Below are positions 56,059 through 64,000 of a DNA stretch of 64,000 nucleotides, in pieces. Position 1 is the first letter of the stretch. Every line of letters begins with the position of its first letter. Source of the DNA: Promethearchaeota archaeon (GTDB taxonomy: Archaea > Asgardarchaeota > Lokiarchaeia > Sigyniarchaeales > SOKP01); NCBI GenBank assembly GCA_011364925.1, contig RDOA01000016.1, forward strand, positions 1 to 64,000, given 5' to 3'. The notes under the pieces are model-generated. The model was not told the DNA's origin and did not search any database. It was given only the letters and a program-made list of their open reading frames with translations. A program made the position numbers and the translations under genes.

Positions 56059-56334
56059 GTTATCGTATACCTCGTTTCGTTTGCAGAAACCTATTTCTAA
56101 ACCTAAATAAAACTTATGTTAAATAGAAATATATAGTTTTCCTATCTAAGAAAAAAAATACTAAAATCTCCCTCCAAATTTAAAGAGCTCTATGAGACTA
56201 AACGATTTAAGGTAATGAAAATCTTTCTTCTCTGTTGAAAAATTTCTTGATTTTCTTTTATGTTGTAATGAAAATCTTCATAAAGAGGAATAAATTGTAT
56301 CAACTTACATAAGTATAATTAAAACAGAATAAAA

Positions 56335-57702
56335 ATGGAAATTAATAACTCAACCAAGATACTCCCCTTAATTGATGAATATCCAAAAGTTTTCGACGAG
56401 TTGCTAAAGCTTTCTTCTAAAGCGAAAAGATTTAAAAACCCAATAGTAAGAAAAACGATTGGAAAAAAAGCAACGCTCGAAATGGTCAGTGTAATATTGG
56501 AAGTTCCCTTGGAACAGATTATAGCAACCGTTAAAATTGCTATTGAGACTAGTGCTACTATTCCCCCTGAAAAAAATCGAAAAGAGATGCTAAAAAAGTT
56601 ACTCCTTGATATGCATAAAGGTGTCGATGTTGAAATTCTCAAGGTTCAGTTCAAAGAAGCTGTTGGAGACATTACATCTTATGAAATTGGTCAACTAGAG
56701 CAGCAGCTTATAAATGAGGGTTATCTTGATCCAAAAGAAATCACAAAATTAAGCGATTTGCATGTTGCATTATTTAGAGAATCTTTAGATCTTAAGGAAG
56801 AGTACGAAACTATCCCCGGGCATCCCATTCATACATATTTACAAGAAAACTTGAAGATTGCAAATCTCATTAGACAGATCAGATCGGCACCTGAAAAAGA
56901 AAAAATTGAACTATTTCAAAAATTAGGTGAAATCAATATCCATTATACCAGAAAAGAAAATCAATTATTCCCAATTCTTGAGAAACATGGCATTTCTGGA
57001 CCCCCTCAGGTTATGTGGGCGGTTCACGATGAGATCCGTCCGTTATTAAAATCGTCACAACCAGAAGAGATAGACTTAGCTTTACAAAAAATAGAAGATA
57101 TGATATACAAAGAGGAACACATCCTATTTCCTATGACGCTGGAGTTTTTTGACGAAGCAGATTGGGTAAATGTTCGGGATGGAGAAAAGGAAATTGGTTT
57201 TGGATTCGGTGTTTTACCGGGAGGCCAATGGAAACCAGTAACAGTTGCTGATATTCATAGACCTCTGCCAGTGGAACTCACGAAAGAAGAAGGTGCTCTT
57301 AATTTAGACATTGGCAATTTATCTATAGAACAAATTAATGTCATGTTAAAAACGCTCCCAGTTGATCTAACTTTCGTAGACGAAAACGACGAAGTTGCGT
57401 ATTATTCTGACACGGAAGATCGTATCTTCCCAAGAAGTCGTGGAATTATTGGTCGAAAGGTTCAAAAGTGTCATCCCCCTAAAAGCGTAGATATTGTAGA
57501 AGATATCTTAAAAAAATTTAAGTCAGGTGAGAAGAAAGTAGCAGAATTTTGGATTCAGGCTGATGGAGCTTTTATAATGATCCGATATTTTGCGATGCAC
57601 GATGATGAAGGAAATTACGTTGGAACATTAGAAGTATCTCAAGAGCTCTCACGGTTGCGATCCTTAGAAGGTGAACGACGTTTGGTTCAATGGGGAAATT
57701 AA
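56335..57702 (+). CDS. DUF438 / hemerythrin-like / PAS-domain protein
   Basis: GHPIHTY..EN, HYTRKENQLFP, VMWAVHDEIR, KEEHILFP, DLTFVD...IIGRKVQKCHPPKS. Confidence 0.88.
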   Translation: MEINNSTKILPLIDEYPKVFDELLKLSSKAKRFKNPIVRKTIGKKATLEMVSVILEVPLEQIIATVKIAIETSATIPPEKNRKEMLKKLLLDMHKGVDVEILKVQFKEAVGDITSYEIGQLEQQLINEGYLDPKEITKLSDLHVALFRESLDLKEEYETIPGHPIHTYLQENLKIANLIRQIRSAPEKEKIELFQKLGEINIHYTRKENQLFPILEKHGISGPPQVMWAVHDEIRPLLKSSQPEEIDLALQKIEDMIYKEEHILFPMTLEFFDEADWVNVRDGEKEIGFGFGVLPGGQWKPVTVADIHRPLPVELTKEEGALNLDIGNLSIEQINVMLKTLPVDLTFVDENDEVAYYSDTEDRIFPRSRGIIGRKVQKCHPPKSVDIVEDILKKFKSGEKKVAEFWIQADGAFIMIRYFAMHDDEGNYVGTLEVSQELSRLRSLEGERRLVQWGN

Positions 57703-57730
57703 TATCGACTAAAAAATAGAAAGAGCAGTT

Positions 57731-58759
57731 TCAATTAATAGTATCCCTTCCACAATAAGGACAGATAATAGCGCCATATTCAATTAAGTTATCACAAAAT
57801 CGACACTTAACTTTTAATCCTCTCCGCGATAAAATGTTTGTTTCTGTGAACAAATCGTTAAGGAAAGCCATAGTAGTTTCTTCATTGACAATTAAATAAT
57901 CTCCATCGATTATAAAGTTAAACTGCTTAGCCCATTGAAAGACCTTTTTATCAAATAGTTTTTCTTCCATCTCTAATGCGGTTCTCATCATGTCTAGACG
58001 AATCTTTCTCGAAACCTGTATCATCGATTTAATCCGGTCAATCTTTTCCTTTTCTTCCTTTTGTAACCTCGTTTGCTCTGTTATTTTATATGTTTTTGCT
58101 TGATCAATTAGTTCAAGTAGGCGTTCTGTTTTTATTTTATCTGTAGTATATCTCCCAATATGCTTTTTAAAAGCTACGAGTGTAAAATGATTATCGTCTT
58201 TAGTTTGAATAATCACAGCTGGATCCGATTTTAATTCGCCTTTTGAGATGTCTTTAATGTTTAAAATTAATGTTTGAGTAATTGACTTTTTAATAAATGG
58301 CTTAAACGACAAATAATCTTCGGTTAGAAAAATTACTCCCGTCAAAATCTCAGGTGACAAATTTCCTTCCTCTGAATTGTATTTACAAAAGCCCCCTATT
58401 GTCTCAAATAAAATAGGATTTTCGCGCTTAAAAGTACTACGCGTCAACTCCCAAAATAACTCTTCGGTTGCTTTCTTTGATGTAGCAAAAGAACTTTTCT
58501 CTTTTTTGTGTGGGTAAAAAGTGTAATTAATTCCCTGAACGCTTATCAATTCAATGGTAGGAAGATTAAACCGATTCTTTATTGAGAAATTTTGAATGTC
58601 TTTCCTTCTCAAGTTAAACAAAATGCTGTCTTTTTCGGTTTTAAACAAGAATTCTTTGTCGGTCAATGTAATCTTCCCTCTGGACTTTCTTGACACCAGA
58701 GCTTTGTAAGATGTTTGACCAGATGTAAAATTCCCGAACGATTCGAAAAGGACTACCAT
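57731..58759 (-). CDS. Two PH/GRAM-like domains, a winged-helix (PCI-like) domain and a zinc ribbon
   Basis: RGKITLTDKEFLF and TGVIFLTEDYLSF repeats; IKSMIQVSRKIRLDMMR...WAKQFNF.IDGD; CRFC...CPYCG. Confidence 0.5.
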   Translation of the reverse strand: MVVLFESFGNFTSGQTSYKALVSRKSRGKITLTDKEFLFKTEKDSILFNLRRKDIQNFSIKNRFNLPTIELISVQGINYTFYPHKKEKSSFATSKKATEELFWELTRSTFKRENPILFETIGGFCKYNSEEGNLSPEILTGVIFLTEDYLSFKPFIKKSITQTLILNIKDISKGELKSDPAVIIQTKDDNHFTLVAFKKHIGRYTTDKIKTERLLELIDQAKTYKITEQTRLQKEEKEKIDRIKSMIQVSRKIRLDMMRTALEMEEKLFDKKVFQWAKQFNFIIDGDYLIVNEETTMAFLNDLFTETNILSRRGLKVKCRFCDNLIEYGAIICPYCGRDTIN

Positions 58760-58968
58760 TTCACTTTCAATAATAGAAATTTAGTCATTTATAATTTTAT
58801 ATTATATTTTGGAATTATAAATAATAAGAAAAAAAAGGGGAAAAATCAAAAACTAATGAAAAGTAAAATTCTCCTCCCGTGAGCATTTTATGCGTTTCTA
58901 TTTTTCTGATGTTTCCTTAAATATTTCCTACTCTTTACTACGTTTTAAATTAACTACAAAATTAATTT

Positions 58969-59220
58969 TTAATAACGTTTTTCTGATCTAAAACTCTGAC
59001 GAGGACCTTTCTCAACGACGGTTAGATTAGTTGCTTGAGGCCCTTTTTGACCTTCTGTTACTTCGAATTCTACGATGTCTCCTTCGTAAATGATTTTAAA
59101 ATCACCTTCTTCTCCTTTGATAGCGGAGTAGTGAACGAAGATATCGCCAGAACCGTCTTCTCGAGTAATAAATCCATAGCCTTTTCGGCTATCAAACCAC
59201 TTTACAGTTCCTTTAACCAT
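58969..59220 (-). CDS. csp: Cold-shock domain protein
   Basis: [14 protein letters not shown] (RNP1), DIFVHYSAI (RNP2), KGPQATN. Confidence 0.95.
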   Translation of the reverse strand: MVKGTVKWFDSRKGYGFITREDGSGDIFVHYSAIKGEEGDFKIIYEGDIVEFEVTEGQKGPQATNLTVVEKGPRQSFRSEKRY

Positions 59221-59481
59221 TGAAAAAACCTTTGAAGCATATCGAGTATTATAACTCTATTAATACTCTTCATCAAAGATGTAGTAATCATTTATAATAA
59301 ATATTGTTAAATTTGAAAATAAGAAAGCAACAGAAATGGATTTAAAATCATGTTCTCAAGCAACTTCGAAATTCATAATAAAAAATTTTTAATTTAAGAT
59401 CAAAAAGTTATATATGAGATTTGATTTAAAATAATAACTCCCTAAACTCAGAAAATACAATTACAACTTAGATGTAGTCCT

Positions 59482-60027
59482 ATGGCAAGTTTGGAGAATC
59501 TAACTGTTTCCTTATTGGATAAGTTAGCAAAGGAGATTGGAATAAAATTTACTAAAAAGGATAAAAAAATTGATAAAATTACGAAAATTAACAATGTTGG
59601 TCTGAAAGAACTCCAACTTAATCAACTCATTCAAAAGTATCAAGAACAAAAGTCCAAAATTAAAAAGACTAGTAAAGACGAGATTTCTGAACTAAAAGGA
59701 AGAGTAAAACTTCTCGAAGAACAAGTGAGGTTCTTAATATCAGAAATTAATGTCTCAAAAGTCTCGTTAGTTAACAAAGACGACCATGATATTATAACGG
59801 TGACAACTGACTTGGCAGAGATTAAGAAATTCCTTAAGTCTCTCATATCTTCTGGAGAATCGATTACGATCGATGAGTTAATAGAAATGACAGAAATTCA
59901 AAAAATACCTTTAATCACGTTAAAGCACTCTATATACGATCTAATTGACGAAGATGTGTTTGATGTTGCGGAGGGTAAATCAAGACAGAAAATCGGTGGA
60001 AAAATAGGAGTGTTAATAAGAAAATAA
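59482..60027 (+). CDS. Hypothetical protein (helical N-terminus, coiled coil, C-terminal wHTH-like)
   Basis: 181-aa ORF; ISELKGRVKLLEEQV coiled coil; SITIDEL...SIYDLIDE. Confidence 0.5.
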   Translation: MASLENLTVSLLDKLAKEIGIKFTKKDKKIDKITKINNVGLKELQLNQLIQKYQEQKSKIKKTSKDEISELKGRVKLLEEQVRFLISEINVSKVSLVNKDDHDIITVTTDLAEIKKFLKSLISSGESITIDELIEMTEIQKIPLITLKHSIYDLIDEDVFDVAEGKSRQKIGGKIGVLIRK

Positions 60028-60092
60028 ATAATTATCAAGATTTTATAATTAAGTAATAGAATTTCTTGTCTGTAAAAAAAGAGGTTTTTATA

Positions 60093-60596
60093 ATGAGCGA
60101 ACACCCTGGAATTAAATTATTAAAAGAAAGACGGAGTATTAGACGATTTGACTCTCGTCTTATAGAGAATGATGTCCTTACTCAAATTTTCGAGGCTTCT
60201 CGGTGGTGTTGGAGTGCAGTAAATCGCCAACCTTGGAAATTTTATGTTATCCGAAATAAAGAACTTATCTCAAAAGTAGCTAAGGAATGTACAACTGGAA
60301 CTTTCGCAGCTGAAGCGCCAGTATTGGTGGCCTTAGTTGGAGATGTTGAAGCACAGCCAAACTGGTATGTTCACGACCTTAGTTTTGTATCACTACAGAT
60401 GGCTTTAGCTGCGTGGACATTTGGGATTGGAACGTGCTTTATTGGTAACATTAACCGAGAAAGGGTTAAAGAACTACTAAATCTTAGAAAGGAGGATTAT
60501 TTACTAACTGTTCTACCGTTAGGGTATCCATATGGAGAAGTTCCTAAGCCAAGACCTCGAAAATCCGTAGAAGAACTCGTTAAATATTTAGATTAA
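60093..60596 (+). CDS. Nitroreductase-family protein
   Basis: RRSIRRF, SAVNRQPWKF, GIGTCFIG, LPLGYP. Confidence 0.92.
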   Translation: MSEHPGIKLLKERRSIRRFDSRLIENDVLTQIFEASRWCWSAVNRQPWKFYVIRNKELISKVAKECTTGTFAAEAPVLVALVGDVEAQPNWYVHDLSFVSLQMALAAWTFGIGTCFIGNINRERVKELLNLRKEDYLLTVLPLGYPYGEVPKPRPRKSVEELVKYLD

Positions 60597-60603
60597 GTTC
60601 TTG

Positions 60604-60628
60604 GCTGAATATTCAGCTTATTTTTTTT
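60604..60628 (+). terminator. Palindrome plus T-tract after the nitroreductase gene
   Basis: GCTGAATATTCAGC (60604-60617) followed by TTATTTTTTTT. Confidence 0.5.
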
Positions 60629-60695
60629 AAAATGTAAAAGTTGCACCTTTTTTTTTATAATAAAAAAATCTTTTTTCATTAGCAAGTTAAAAAAA

Positions 60696-61517
60696 ATGTA
60701 TAATATGGATTTAACTGAGGATCAAATCGAGAGATATTCCCGTCAAATAGTATTAAAAGAGGTTGGCGGAATAGGACAGAAGAAACTACTTAATTCCAAA
60801 GTCTCACTTATTGGCCTTGGCGCGTTAGGGTCCTCCACAGCTTACTATTTAGTCGCAGCAGGTATTGGCTCTCTACGAATAATTGATTTTGATTTAGTTG
60901 AGATTTCAAATCTGCATCGACAAATACTCCATTTTACTAAAGATATTAATAAAATAAAAACTAAAAGTGCAGCTGAAAAGTTAAACGCATTAAATCCTGA
61001 TTGCAATATTGAGATAATAAATGATAGAATCTCTTCTAAAAACTCAAAAGAATTTCTTAAAGGCTCAGATTTTGTAATTGAGGGTTCAGATAATCTTCCA
61101 ACGAAAATGTTAATTAATGACACCTGCATTAGTCTGAAAATACCTTTCACAATTGCTGGTGTATTAAGATTTCACGGGCAAATTATGACAGTGGTTCCCG
61201 AAAATAAAACTGCATGTTATAGGTGTGTGTTTGGGGATAGGACAGAGGGTGATTCGAGTATGTCGTGTTCTCAAGCCGGGGTAATCGGATTTGTTCCCGG
61301 TGTTTTAGGTTGCTTAGAGGCAAATGAAGCTCTTAAATATATATTAAATGTTGGAGAGCTGCTTACAAATAAAATATTATATGTGGATCTTCTAAGGTAC
61401 AGTTTTGATTTTATTGAAGTCCATCGAGATACTAATTGCTTAGCTTGTGGAGATCAAGCAAAAGATTTAGTAGAATCTTTAAACTATGGGGGTTTGGATG
61501 CTTGTAATGACCAGTAG
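60696..61517 (+). CDS. moeB: MoeB/ThiF/UbaA E1-like adenylyltransferase
   Basis: RYSRQI, GLGALGS, SNLHRQ, CYRC, SCSQAGV, CLAC. Confidence 0.92.
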   Translation: MYNMDLTEDQIERYSRQIVLKEVGGIGQKKLLNSKVSLIGLGALGSSTAYYLVAAGIGSLRIIDFDLVEISNLHRQILHFTKDINKIKTKSAAEKLNALNPDCNIEIINDRISSKNSKEFLKGSDFVIEGSDNLPTKMLINDTCISLKIPFTIAGVLRFHGQIMTVVPENKTACYRCVFGDRTEGDSSMSCSQAGVIGFVPGVLGCLEANEALKYILNVGELLTNKILYVDLLRYSFDFIEVHRDTNCLACGDQAKDLVESLNYGGLDACNDQ

Positions 61518-61770
61518 AAGCAAATCAATACATAAAGATAGCACACAAATAGATATTCGAGGTAAAATGTGTCCGTTAACATTCGTTTACACCAAATTAA
61601 CCCTTGAAGAACTTGAGAAGGGAGATATTTTAGAAGTATATTTAGATTTTCCCCCCGCTCTTAAAAATATCCCAGAAAGTTGTAAAAGGCAGAATTTAGC
61701 GGAATTATTAGAAGTAATAGAGAATCCCTCTGATAAACCGGAATGGATTATGATTTTAAAAAAGCTATAA
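61507..61770 (+). CDS. tusA: TusA/SirA-family sulfur carrier
   Basis: DIRGKMCPLTFV...GDILEV.LD. Confidence 0.88.
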   Translation: MTSRSKSIHKDSTQIDIRGKMCPLTFVYTKLTLEELEKGDILEVYLDFPPALKNIPESCKRQNLAELLEVIENPSDKPEWIMILKKL

Positions 61771-62807
61771 ATAGCGGAGGGATAATCTTTACTGAAGACA
61801 CAAATAACAAACCTATCGGTCTTGGTTTGATTTCTGGAGGTCTAGATAGTCTAATTGCATGTCTAGTACTAAAGCTTCAAAATATTGAAGTAGTTGGATT
61901 AAATTTCAAATCTCCTTTTTGCATATGTGAAAAGGCGTATAAAAACGCTGAATGTGGTTTAAACTTATTTTACGATAAATTAGGAATCAAAACACATTTC
62001 CTTCAAAAGGAAGACGATTACTTAGATATTGTTAAAAATCCCAAATTTGGTTATGGTAAAAATTTAAATCCATGTATCGATTGTAGAATTTACATCTTAA
62101 AAAAAGCTAAAAAATTTGCAAATCAGATTAAAGCTGATTTCATCTTTACGGGAGAGGTTCTAGATCAGAGACCTAAATCTCAAAATTTGAAGGCTTTGAA
62201 GATTATTGAAAAAGAATCTGATCTTAAAGGAAAGTTATTAAGACCCTTATCTGCATTACTATTAGAACCTACTACCTTAGAAGAAAATGGATTAATTGAT
62301 AGAACCAAACTATTAGGAATTAAAGGACGGAGTAGAAAAAAGCAACTAGAACTTGCAAGGAGCCATGAACTTTTAAACGAATATAATGCTTGTGGGGGCT
62401 GTTTACTTACTGAAAAAGAATTTGCAAATAGAATGAGAGACTATCTTAAATTTAGCGAACATCCTACAATGGAAGAAGTTAACTTTCTAAAATTTGGAAG
62501 GCATTTCCGTTTTAACGGTGCTAAAATTATCGTTGGTAGAAATGAATTAGAAAATAACTCTTTGCTTTACCTAAAAGGTCCAGATGATGTTATCATGGAG
62601 GCTCTTTATGTTAAGGGACCCCTAACCCTTATTCAAGGGAAAATCGAAGAAGAAGTCATAAAATTTGCTGGAAAATTGACATTAAGATATTCAGATCTCT
62701 TAGAATCTTTAGGAAAGGTCAGATATGGTAAAGATTTCAACGAATTATCTAAAAGTATTATTATTGAAAAAGCTACACAGGAAGAATTAATTCCATATCT
62801 ACTCTAA
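61743..62807 (+). CDS. PP-loop tRNA thiolase (ThiI/MnmA-like, no THUMP) with DUF814-like C-terminus
   Basis: SGGLDS, GYGKNLNPCIDC, TGEVLDQRP.SQ, GGCLLT, GRHFR, IVGRN..EN. Confidence 0.8.
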   Translation: MDYDFKKAINSGGIIFTEDTNNKPIGLGLISGGLDSLIACLVLKLQNIEVVGLNFKSPFCICEKAYKNAECGLNLFYDKLGIKTHFLQKEDDYLDIVKNPKFGYGKNLNPCIDCRIYILKKAKKFANQIKADFIFTGEVLDQRPKSQNLKALKIIEKESDLKGKLLRPLSALLLEPTTLEENGLIDRTKLLGIKGRSRKKQLELARSHELLNEYNACGGCLLTEKEFANRMRDYLKFSEHPTMEEVNFLKFGRHFRFNGAKIIVGRNELENNSLLYLKGPDDVIMEALYVKGPLTLIQGKIEEEVIKFAGKLTLRYSDLLESLGKVRYGKDFNELSKSIIIEKATQEELIPYLL

Positions 62808-62834
62808 AAGTATAATGAAGTAAGAGCTTGCTCG

Positions 62835-63122
62835 TTAACCTCCTGCAATAGCAGGTAAAAGCAATAATTCATCTTGATGATGAACAACGGTTTCAAGATT
62901 ATTTAGAGTACGTATATCTTTCCCGTTTAATCCTAAAATTATGTATTTACTTACGGAATCTTTAGAATCTAATATCGTTTTCTTAAAATGCTCTCCGAAT
63001 TTAGCGATAAGTTTATCTAAAATCTCCTTAATTGTAGTGTTTTCCTCAACTGATAGCTTTAATTCTTTTATTTTTGTAATATCAGCTAACAACGATAAGA
63101 AATTTATTTTTATGTCAATCAT
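62835..63122 (-). CDS. MoaD/ThiS/SAMP ubiquitin-like sulfur carrier
   Basis: Beta-grasp pattern; LNGKDI; C-terminal PAIAGG. Confidence 0.9.
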   Translation of the reverse strand: MIDIKINFLSLLADITKIKELKLSVEENTTIKEILDKLIAKFGEHFKKTILDSKDSVSKYIILGLNGKDIRTLNNLETVVHHQDELLLLPAIAGG

Positions 63123-63262
63123 ACGATATAGTGAATTATTTTTATATTATCAATATTAAATTCATTAAGTTAGAAAACTTAAAAGAAATTAATAATTTTG
63201 GTTATAAATTCTAAATATGTTGCTGTTTGTTTAAGTTTTAATTAATAAATTTGGTGCTTTAA

Positions 63263-64000
63263 ATTAGAAAAAATAAATTGCGAATTGGACATCTCTCCAC
63301 AGCTTATCATGCTAATTTCGTATTGATGGGTAATAACGACCTTCAAAGAGATTTTAACTTGGATATCAAGTGGAAACTATTCGGAACTGGTCCTGCAATG
63401 GTTACAGCTTTTCAAAACAAAAAATTAGATATCGGGTATATGGGACTACCTCCCGCAATTATTGGTATTGATAAAGGGGTACCAATTAAGTGCGTAGCAG
63501 GTGGTCATGTGGAAGGGACAATAATGGTAGCTAAAAAGCATTATTTAACTATGGCTGATGTCAATAATAATTTATCTGAAGTTTTTTCTCAGTTTAAAGG
63601 ACACATAGTGGGGGTTCCAAGTAAAGGATCGATTCATGATGTAATACTCAATTACTATTTAAAGAAGTTAGGCTTGATTGATGATATTAAGGTAAAACAT
63701 TACAAACAAGCAGAATTTATTGCTACAGATATGAAAAATGGAGTTCTGGAAGGAGGAGTAGGTACCCCTGCTTTAGCAGTTTTTTCTTCAACTATTTTTG
63801 AATCTCGTTTGATAATTCCTCCCGAGTTTTTATGGAAAGATAATCCTAGCTATGGTATCTTCTTTCACAAGGAACTAATAGAAAATGAACCAGAAATTGT
63901 TTTAAAATTCTTAAAACATAATAAAATTGCCTCATCAATGCTTAGAGATTTTCCATCCAAAGCAGCAAAAATAATTTCAACTACATTTGAAATACTGACT
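63263..64000 (+). CDS. NitT/TauT (SsuA-like) ABC substrate-binding protein, 3'-truncated; not in the ORF track
   Basis: Read directly: LRIGHLSTAYH...FGTGPAMV...LDIGYMGLPPAIIGIDKG...GHVEG...PSKGSIHDVIL; runs off the window. Start at ATT 63263 or TTG 63278. Confidence 0.82.
   Translation, partial: MRKNKLRIGHLSTAYHANFVLMGNNDLQRDFNLDIKWKLFGTGPAMVTAFQNKKLDIGYMGLPPAIIGIDKGVPIKCVAGGHVEGTIMVAKKHYLTMADVNNNLSEVFSQFKGHIVGVPSKGSIHDVILNYYLKKLGLIDDIKVKHYKQAEFIATDMKNGVLEGGVGTPALAVFSSTIFESRLIIPPEFLWKDNPSYGIFFHKELIENEPEIVLKFLKHNKIASSMLRDFPSKAAKIISTTFEILT

Noticed and set aside
1-64000. Many 60-130 aa ORFs antisense to or overlapping longer genes (e.g. 459..839, 3304..3606, 23957..24322, 28932..29294, 44428..44826, 52938..53291, 56319..56642)
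   Set aside because: Shadow ORFs of well-supported genes, with no recognisable motifs.
1-64000. CRISPR array, tRNA/rRNA, IS/transposase, integrase, defence system
   Set aside because: No regularly spaced repeats, structured-RNA-like GC islands or such protein motifs were seen by eye; a small RNA could have been missed.
1-64000. Selenocysteine (in-frame TGA) recoding, known in Lokiarchaeia
   Set aside because: The TGA-terminated genes I checked look complete, and no redox gene is split at a Cys-equivalent TGA.

Overview
AT-rich, densely coding archaeal DNA, most likely from an Asgard archaeon (Lokiarchaeia/Promethearchaeota-like). This rests on three Rab/Ras-like small GTPases, an IPGY-TM-basic Loki-CTERM-type sorting signal, MfnB, a SAMP/MoaD ubiquitin-like protein, a CDC48-type protein and archaeal TTTAAATA boxes. 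I saw no rRNA, tRNA, CRISPR array or transposase. Main blocks: (i) a minus-strand cluster of two FMN split-barrel proteins, a ferredoxin, an HdrD/GlpC-like CCG protein, mfnB, an Fe-S subunit and a W/Mo AOR-family enzyme with a non-canonical active-site segment, divergent from a PAS/GAF kinase, a REC-ArsR regulator and an ArsR; (ii) a single-ring CDC48-like protein with a Walker B E-to-H change; (iii) a wHTH2-TPR gene divergent from a sensor-less kinase and an RHH/pseudo-DHp/REC regulator; (iv) tandem GPP34 (GOLPH3/Vps74-family) genes near a GPH transporter and TMEM165/GDT1; (v) a long run of redox, transport, membrane and regulatory genes, including a degenerate Rab-like protein with a CC plus polybasic tail, an internally deleted E2 pseudogene, an unannotated amber-interrupted ORF and genes that appear to start at ATT/ATA; (vi) a sulfur-relay cluster (MoeB/UbaA, TusA, PP-loop thiolase, SAMP/MoaD). 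All family calls come from recognising motifs by eye; no searches were run.
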